A stretch of DNA of 62,934 bases, counting the filler, from Octopus bimaculoides (taxonomy: Eukaryota), in the NCBI RefSeq assembly GCF_001194135.2. It is 5 parts of 5 records of this genome, joined end to end, with 100 filler letters (N's around TTAATTAATTAA, not from the genome) between each part and the next. Parts side by side here need not be neighbours in the genome. Positions count along the whole stretch, not along the records: positions 51,449 to 62,934 come from NC_068995.1; 4 more parts are not named here. One strand, 5' to 3'. Positions 54,808-62,934 of this stretch are shown one piece after another. Under the pieces are notes generated by a model that was not told the DNA's origin, searched no databases, and worked only from the letters and a program-made list of their open reading frames with translations. A program made the position numbers and the translations under genes. Positions within the stretch are counted from its first letter, which is position 1, and each line of letters begins with the position of its first letter.

Positions 54808-55694
54808 TGATCAATACGTATCCAGATTGTTGCTATAGTAACGAAGCTAAAGCACGCAGAGTGAAGCCGCTTGGCAAAGATTGACCTTGAATTCTGCTGT
54901 GCGTGCGCACTCAGTCTTAACGTTCTACCTCACTTCTGCTATTTACAGCACTGCTTGGAAGGAACGTGTGTTGCGTGTGATCGTCGCATTCACTATGGCA
55001 GAGTAAGTTGTCATGGCGATATCTGCTCAAAAGCCTACGCAAAGATGAAGAAGTGTATGGAGAGGAGTGTATGAAATGCACACAAGTGTACTAGTGGTTC
55101 AGGCGTTTCCAAGATGGCAGAAAAAATGTCTATAGTGATGAACGTTCTGGGAGACCCGCAACCAGCAGAACTGAGAAGGACATTGCAGATATGCATGCAG
55201 GTGTTAGGGGAAATCGTCGAATAATCATCCGTGAGTTATCAGAGGATGTGCAGATTAGTTATAGCTCAGTTCAGTCCATTGTCACTGAAGATTTGGGTAT
55301 GAGACGCGCGTCTGCCAAGTTTGTGCCAAAACTGCGTTCAGTTGACCAAAATGACACTCGGGTTTCAGTTGGACAAGATCTCATTGATTGTGTTGAGAAC
55401 GATGAAAACCTTTTGAAAACTTTGCGTAGGCCTCTGAGCAGGTAGCGCCAAGCGTTTGGCAAAGTTTGAAGCAGAATCTCTGCTCAACTTCCTCTGTCAT
55501 GTTCAATGCGACGATCACACGCTACACACCTTCCTTCCAAGCACTGGTGTAAACAGCGGAAGTGAGCTAGAACGTTAAAACTTAGTGCGCAAGCACAGAA
55601 AAATTCAAGGTCTGTCTGTGTCAAGCATCTTCACTCTGCGTGATTTAGCTTCGTTACTATGGCAACAGTCCGGATACTTACTGATCAGACCACG
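54808..55694 (+). mobile_element. Mariner-derived non-autonomous element with very long terminal inverted repeats
   Basis: Interior encodes the mariner transposase N-terminus (WFRRFQDGRKNVYSDERSGRP..RRIIIRELSEDVQIS..DLGMRRASAKFVPKL) with a stop; 54808-55044 is an inverted copy of 55420-55688. Confidence 0.88.
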
Positions 55695-56336
55695 CACATA
55701 TATATATATATATATATATATACAGGCTGTAGTTGGTCAGGGTCTATAATAGAGGTGTGTGTATATAAAAGTATGTATACATGTATATTGTACCTGTTCC
55801 TGTATGTGAGTGCGTGTGCGTGTGTGCTTAATCAAATTTACTGAAGTGGTTAATTTCTGTTGGAAAACCCCTCTTAACTATCTTGATTTATCTAGCAGTT
55901 TGACTCCTAGTCATACTGGAAAGTAGGTCATTTACATTAGTACAACCCTCTTATTCACTCTGCCCGCCACTCCCTCTTTCCTGTCGCTTCTCTTATTAGT
56001 GTCATCAAATGATATCACGACGTAAACCCTATTACATTAATTAATTACGTCACTCGTTGACTCACTCGTTCTAGTTTGAATCCCTAGCAGATATCATCTC
56101 TAATCTGTTATATCGCCTATCTTAATCAAATGTACACCAGTAATATACTGAGGTTTGGTTCTAGTGATTATACCTGTCCGTTACAATTTCGTGTTCACGT
56201 GCTAGTATCAGGAATCTTGCTTTTTACCCTCCCGGGGTCGATAATATGAGCGCTATACAAGTAATGGGATTGTTTTAATCAATTATATAGTCTTTGTCTG
56301 TCTCATTCTCCCTCTTTCTCTCTCTCTCACTCTCAA

Positions 56337-56384
<48 letters not shown>

Positions 56385-56436
56385 ACTCTCTTACTTTCTC
56401 TCTCTCTCTCTCTTACTCTCTTACCTNNNNNNNNNN

Positions 56437-56527
<91 letters not shown>

Positions 56528-56745
56528 TAAGGTAGTGAGCTGGTAGAAACGTTATCATGCCGGACAAAACGCTTAACGGCATTTTGTCCATCTTCACGTT
56601 CCGAGGTTCAAATTCCGCCGAGGTCGACTTTGCCTTTTATCCTTTTCGGGTCGATAAAATAAGTACCAGTTACGCATTGGAGTCGATGTAATCGACCAAC
56701 CCACTCCCCCGAAATTTCTGGCTTTGTGCCAAAATTTGAAATCAA
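56528..56745 (+). mobile_element. tRNA-derived SINE, family A
   Basis: High similarity to 61081-61305; ends about 170 bp before the ADAMTS-like exon. Confidence 0.82.
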
Positions 56746-56914
56746 TTATACAGTCTTAGGCCTATGCTTCTGTTAGAAATTATAATTATTATAAAATGTT
56801 AATTGCTTATTTGTTTATAATTTCAAGTGTTTTTCTTCTTTTTCTTTTTCTCGTCCCTGGTTACTGAACTACTTTTTACTGTTGGTGTTATTGATGTTGG
56901 CGTTTTTACTGAAG

Positions 56915-57437
56915 ACTGTCGGCTGCGACCATGAATTGAACTCTGACAAGCAGCTAGACCAGTGCGGTGTATGTGGCGGGAACAACAGCTGTATCACTTC
57001 GACGCCACTCTCCACAGACGGAGATCAAGTTACTGATACTGATGTAATAAACCGAAAACTGTCGGACACCAAAGACCGGAAGTTATCCGAGAAATCTTTC
57101 GACGGCAGCCATCTTAAGAGCGACGAGAACAACGATCAACGTCAACAATACCAGCAACAGCAGCACCACCACCATCACAGAGAGCAAGAGTCACAAGAGC
57201 AACAACGACAACAGCAACAACAACAGCATCAGCAACAGGAAAAGCAGCAGCAGCAGAAGCAGCAGCAACAACAGGAGCTGCAGCAGAAACTGCAACAGCA
57301 ACAGGATGAAGAAATTGTAGATGGCGATAGCAAACTGGTAAAGATGCAAATGAAGAGATGGAGGAAGAAAAAGAAAGACAAAGAATTGTATCGATGGGAA
57401 GTGAAATACGGAGAGTGTTCCGTCACCTGTTCTTTAG
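56915..57437 (+). CDS. Internal exon of an ADAMTS-like secreted matrix protein (ADAMTSL1/3 / MADD-4 type): end of Cys-rich domain, Gln-rich linker, start of TSP1 repeat
   Basis: Reads TVGCDHELNSDKQLDQCGVCGGNNSC, matching the ADAMTS Cys-rich motif GCD...D.CGVC.G (human ADAMTSL1 VGCDHQLGS..EDNCGVCNGDGSTC, from memory), and ends YRWEVKYGECSVTCSLG (TSP1 start). Acceptor tttttactgaag|ACT (phase 0) at 56914/56915; donor TTAG|gtaacc (phase 1) at 57437/57438. Open throughout. Confidence 0.88.
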
Positions 57438-57509
57438 GTAACCCTTTCTCATACCTACTTGTCTATATAGTGTTGTTGTTATTGTTGTCGTTGTTGTGTT
57501 ATTATTATT

Positions 57510-57975
57510 GAGTAAGAGAGTAGTGCATGCCATCAAAGTGACACAGGGGTAAAATATACGAAGCCCAGTATACCCATCATGATTACTTCTCGGATGAGGG
57601 TACACCAGGCACATGCATCACAACCATATGTGCGCGACGTGGTGATCTTATATCAAGATAAACAGCGAATGACCTTGCAGATGGGGCCCAGTAAGAATTT
57701 TCTTCAGGTCGAGTAGCATATCACGCTCAAAAGGTCCTTGAATAAGGGTTGTTTAAGGGTGTTGAACAAAACACACACGGTACCAAAGGTGAATTATCCA
57801 AACCCCAAGGAATTCCTCTCAGTACATGGCTATGATGCTCCCCCACTACTTCTGCTCATGATCAGAGATACACATATCGTCAGCTACTAAGGGACATGTT
57901 CAACTGGTTAAGGTCAAGCAACTGACAAGCAAATCTGTGGTATTGAGCTGAAAATTTGCTGTAGCCCATCTTATG
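57510..57975. mobile_element. Family B repeat, inverted relative to 49621; begins about 70 bp after the ADAMTS-like donor site
   Basis: Reverse complement of 49680-50150. Confidence 0.82.
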
Positions 57976-58044
57976 ATTATTATTATTATTGTTGTTGTTT
58001 TGTTGTTGTTGCAGTTGTTATTTTTATTTTCATATACACAACAG

Positions 58045-60330
58045 ATTAGACTGTTAGAAAGGAAAAAAAATATCCTAACATCGGGCTACAACAAGTAACC
58101 TTAGATGCCAAGAAGAACCCTCCTAAGTACACTAGCTGTCCCTAATAACTCTGTTTTCTGCAGCTGTACTAAACTGGGTTTTATGCCTATTTCCTCTATC
58201 CATCTGTTCAAATCTTTAGGGATAGTTCCCAATGCACCTATAACTACTGGGATACATTTTACCCGCACATTCCATAGCGTCTGTAGTTCAATGGTTGGGA
58301 CTGTAAAGTCTATAATCTGGCACTTTCTATTCTTTATATCTACCACTACTAAATTAGACCTTCTAGCTTCTATTATTCTGTCAGTTTGAATATTAAAGTC
58401 CCACAACAGCTCGAATTTCTTACTTTCTAATACTTTAATAGGTTCATGTTCATACCATTTATTAGTATGTTCAAATCCCAGCTTTCTACATAACTCCCAA
58501 TGGATTACTCTCCCTTGGTTGTCATGTCTTTTCTTGTATTCTTTCTGTGCCAGCATGCTACTTTCACTTACTAATTTCTGTCTCCCTTTTCAGCCTTCCT
58601 TTCTGCAATCATAGCCATGTCTCACTACTACTATTTGCTGCAACTATTTTGGGGAATCTACCGTGGAACGCCTTCTCCTGCCAGTCAGATAATTTCTGTT
58701 CTTTTTTCTGGTTTTAAACTTCGTTTGGGTTTTTGGTTTCCCTATGTCTTGCTGTGACTTTGGCAGCTTTTAATAAACTTTCTTCAGTATTACCTACATA
58801 GGCGTCTATATCTACTCTAGCTAATTCCACGCAGTCTTCTACTGATATTAACCCTCTTCCGCCTTCCTTTCTTGGTAAATATAATCTCGCTAATCCTGCC
58901 CTTGGGTGGTGTCCTCTATTCATATTGAATTTCTTCCTAGTTCTTTTGTCTAGCTTTGCTAATTCAGTTTTTGTCCAATCTACAAAAGCTGCTGAGTATC
59001 TAAGTAATGATACTGCCCAAGTGTTTACAGCCTTCACGAAACTCAGACCATTTAGCTTTATCTTCATTAGCTTCCTCACCCTTCTGATGTACTCCTCGGC
59101 ATCTGATAGTTTCAAGCAACTTTCTGTAGCATCATTTGTTGCACCTTTCTGCTGGTAGGGTGGTGTGTGCTGCATTTTTGTGTGGGGGTGGGTGGGGGAA
59201 ATATTGTATTGTATCAGTATGTTTTGTTATGGGGTTTGGTTTGAGTCTTCTGTTGTATTAGTTTTTGCATTGCGTGTTGTTTGTGCAACGTAGGTTGTGT
59301 TCTTCTGTCGGGTACCGGCCTTCTATAGCACTTGTGGGCTTTGTTCATTTTGTTGGGTGTTTACGATATGAGTTTATTCGTGTATGTCTTGGGAGGAGTG
59401 TTGCATAGTGGTGTGTGTAAATCATAAATCAACCCTTTCATATTATTTATGGCTATCTGTCCACCGTTCTTTCTATTTTGTTTGTTTTTGTTATGGGTTC
59501 GTTTTTACAGTGTTTTCTTTTTTAACTGAACACCGCCCATGGACATATGTTGATGTTTCTTTCGTAGTTATAATTATTATTGATGTATCAGCGAGAGACC
59601 AAGAAGAAACAGCAGTGTGCATATATATATAGAGAGAGAGGTCTTGTATAAATATGGATGTATATGCAATTAAAATTTAAAATTTAAAATTTTACTCACA
59701 GGTTTGCAGTTTTCGTATAGAAATATTGCAGTGTTTACATTTTTACGCACATGTTACTGTCTAAGGGGAAGCAATGTTTTTGTATATATATATTCCATAT
59801 ATGAAAAATCTTTCAGTTTCCTGAAATGGTTTACATTAAGACAATTTTCTTTCTGTGTTTTTGCGGATTTATAATTCCTGCTTCGTGTTGGTTTCAGATT
59901 TGATCTATCTTTCTGGCATCTCGCTGTCACATGCCCATGCTGTTTGGTATTTGCTGCAGTATCTCTTTGTTTTCTTCGCTGGTCCACTTCCTCCTCCTTA
60001 CTCTATTATCTGCTGATGCTGTATTAGGATAACAGCTGTGGTCAGTCTACGTCTTTACTGAACCATTGCCGAGCGATATGCCTTCCATTAAATATCCAGC
60101 TTCATTTCCGCAGTTACAACCAAAGTTTCTTCGGAAACTCCTGTCTCTCATAAACTGAGCCTTCTACCAGTCGGGATGTGAGATTGCTGGATGTTCCGCT
60201 TTAGAAATTTATAGAGGATTAGTGATGGGGAAGTGCGATGACGTTCTCGGGGAGATTCTGGGCTCCGACGAGAACGAACTGGCTAGTCTGTTCCGCCGAA
60301 CTTTCCGGTTGGAAACTATCATGTGACCGA
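58045..60330 (-). mobile_element. R4/Dong-like (RLE) non-LTR element, internally deleted; 5' boundary uncertain
   Basis: N-terminal RVRRRKWTSEENKEIL (60004-59951); post-RT EYIRRVRKLMKIKLNG..AVNTWAVSLLRYS..RLYLPRKEGGRGL; C-terminal YKKRHDNQGRVIHWELC..LLWDFNIQTDR..IIDFTVP..PVVIGALG; followed by (AAC/AAT)n. Confidence 0.82.
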
Positions 60331-60409
60331 TAGAATAGACTTTTAAAAACCAAACACTGAGTTCAATATGCTCGACTAAACCCTTCGAGGACAAAAAATA
60401 AAAGACAGT

Positions 60410-60440
<31 letters not shown>

Positions 60441-60613
60441 TACATACATACACACACACAGGCATACACATACGCGCACGCACATATGCACATATCTTCT
60501 TTCGCAACATGCTGAAAATTCCTGCCACTCGTACTAAGGCGCTAGATCGATTCAGCAAGAGATTCCAATGAACGACTAATTATTTTCTCTTGGTTTTTAA
60601 TTGAAAACTTTTC

Positions 60614-60651
<38 letters not shown>

Positions 60652-61027
60652 CGGCGTCGATTGGTTTCTGACGAGCATTTAGTGAAAGCATTGGAGGTAT
60701 TTTATTCTCACCCTGTAATTAGTCCTTTGTCAAAATCTCTTACTTGCAGAAATAAATCATCTGAAGAGGGATAACGTTGCCAATGAGTGGAATTTAAAAA
60801 AATGGTAGCCTTGGTTTCTTTTCACCCCGGGTGAAAACATATTTTACCTTATCTCTGAGGAAAGACATTGCTCCAATATTACAAAGCTAGATCTGCAATT
60901 ACGGGTGGGCGGAGTTATTTTATTTATTTATTTATTAAACCCTCTCCTTCAAACACTCACACGTCGAAATCGACAGGATCGACAATCAGCCTCATCCTCC
61001 TCCTCCTCATCATCATCATTATCATAA

Positions 61028-61080
<53 letters not shown>

Positions 61081-61081
<1 letters not shown>

Positions 61082-61305
61082 GGTCGGCGAGCTGGCAGAA
61101 TTGTTAGCGCGCTGGACGAAATGCTTAGCGGCATTTCGCCCGTCACTACGTTCTGAGTTCAAATTCCGCCGAGGTTGACTTTGCCTTTCATCCTTTAGGG
61201 GGTCGATAAAATAAGTACCAGTTGCGTACTGGGGTCGATGCAATTGAGTTAACCCCTTCCCTAAAATTGCTGCCCTTGTGGCAAAATTTGAAACCATTAT
61301 TATTA
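61081..61305 (+). mobile_element. tRNA-derived SINE, family A (full length; Deu/Nin-like central domain)
   Basis: A-box-like TGGCAGAATTGTTAG, B-box GAGTTCAAATTCC, central gcctttcatcctttagggggtcgataaaataagtaccag (resembles the Deu/Nin SINE domain, from memory), (ATT)n on both sides. Confidence 0.82.
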
Positions 61306-62593
61306 TTGTTGTTGATGTTTTCAGTCAATGAAATTCCATATTACCAACATTAGAAATCTAGACAAATTTTGTTTTGTCGCCTTCATTATTGGCGATAGCG
61401 TGCGTGTGGGGGAGGGGGCAAGAGAAAGAAAGAGAGTGTGTGTGTGGTGGCGAGAAAGAAAGAAGGAAAAAGAAAGAAAGAAAGTAGAGAAGAGGAAGAG
61501 AGGGGGACGGAAATGCAGTCAGAAAAGCGCGGACAGGAAACAGAGAGGTTGGAAAAAAATATTTAACATGTGGGACTAAATACTTTATTTCAAAACATCC
61601 AACCAATGAGGTTTACATTCTATTTTAATTGTTATATTATTGTCTTTTCACCATTTTACACACACACACACACACACACACGCTGGGATTTGTGTACATT
61701 TTAGTGCTGTTGAGGGCAACTTAATGCTAATATCAACATCGTAAAATGAAAGCGCATTAAGTTACGTGTGCAGTGGGAATGCACTGCCGCCTCTCTCTCT
61801 CTTCCCTCACAACGTAAATCATTTTGTTTTCTGAGCAGTAATAACACGCTTCATGTAGGTTTACAGTTGTTTATTGAGACAAACACTCCACTACGTCTTT
61901 AAATTCTTGAACACAAATACATACATACATACATACATACATACATACATTTAAACACCCACGTTTATATACAGTCAAATCTATGTACATACGTGTACAC
62001 ATTCATTCACATATTCTCATGCATAATGCCATTCATGTGTGCATTAATTATATAAAAATATATATGTATGTATATAATATATATATATATATANNNNNNN
62101 NNNNNNNNNNNNNNNNNNNNNNNNNNNNNNNNNNNNNNNNNNNNNNATATATATATGCGAGTAAAAATAAATACAAAAAAGGTTTTTTTTTGTATGATTG
62201 TGTATAGAGGAATATATTATTTTGTTTAAAAGAGTTCCAACACTGTCCGTTTTTTATGTTTTATTTATATTCCTGCAGAACCAATGTGGGGTATAGAATA
62301 TGGAATATACAATATATAATATAATATACAATATATAATATAAAATAAAATAAAATAAAAATGGATGGCACCATGAAATAAAGTATTGAATGTAGATGAA
62401 ATATTGAGTGTTCAATATAAAGGATCAAATATATAAATATAAGTATATAAAGGCGACTCGAGTTTCAGGGCTATTTCCCTTCCTCATGGCCGGTATGACA
62501 GACTTACCAAATTGAATTTTATAATGAAAAATATATTAATTATTTAGAGAAGAACCACCAAGATACAATCCAAACACTATATACATATATCAG

Positions 62594-62651
62594 CCGACCA
62601 GACACTTGTGAGTGGATTTGGTTGGTAGACGGAAACTGAAAGAAGCCCATC

Positions 62652-62696
<45 letters not shown>

Positions 62697-62925
62697 TATG
62701 TGTATATGTGTGTGTGTGCGTGTGTATGTTTGTGTCTTTGTGTTTGTTCTCCCAGCATCGCTTGACAACCGATGCTGGTGTGTTTACGTCCCCCGTAACT
62801 TAGTGGTTCGGCAAAACAGCCCGATAGAATAAGTATTAGCTTACAAAGATTAAGTCCTCGGGTCGATTTGCTCGACTAAAGGCGATGCACCAGCATGGCC
62901 GCAGTCAAATGAAACAAGTGAAGGA
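62594..62925 (+). mobile_element. SINE family C, 5'-truncated
   Basis: Near-identical body and tail to 39817-40220. Confidence 0.82.
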
Positions 62926-62934
62926 AATGTATAT

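Noticed and set aside
60668-60696. CTGACGA...GAAA spacing resembling a hammerhead
   Set aside because: Stem II is only 2 bp with a wobble, stem III is not palindromic, and stem I does not pair.
61081-61160. tRNA-like A/B boxes here and at 11832 and 40220
   Set aside because: They are SINE heads with no complete cloverleaf, not tRNA genes.

Overview
Repeat-saturated eukaryotic DNA with many N gaps. It looks like an octopus/coleoid cephalopod draft scaffold; this is inferred from the repeat content and the [17 protein letters not shown]-type zinc-finger array, not from a database search. Only two host coding segments are supportable: (1) a 523-nt plus-strand internal exon (56915-57437) of an ADAMTS-like gene (ADAMTSL1/3 / MADD-4 type), in which the Cys-rich domain end is linked to the next thrombospondin repeat by a Gln-rich tract instead of a spacer domain; (2) the minus-strand 3' end of a C2H2 zinc-finger gene (42655-43032), cut off by a gap. 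The rest is microsatellites, several SINE families, decayed LINEs (RTE, CR1/L2-group, R4/Dong-like), mariner/maT-derived DNA elements and a Helentron-like MITE. Most ORF-track entries are microsatellite or N-gap artefacts. The least obvious signal is seven hammerhead-ribozyme-like motifs in three families, all with palindromic or near-palindromic stem III where the copy is intact, as in Penelope-like elements and retrozymes. Three have the canonical CUGANGA core (13610, 18029, 37855 minus). Four have U at core position 6 (CUGUUGA at 28844, 34980, 54071; CCGUCGA at 35125). Also notable: a pre-miRNA-like hairpin, a mariner with ~240-270 bp inverted ends, and sharp CpG-depletion steps at scaffold joins.
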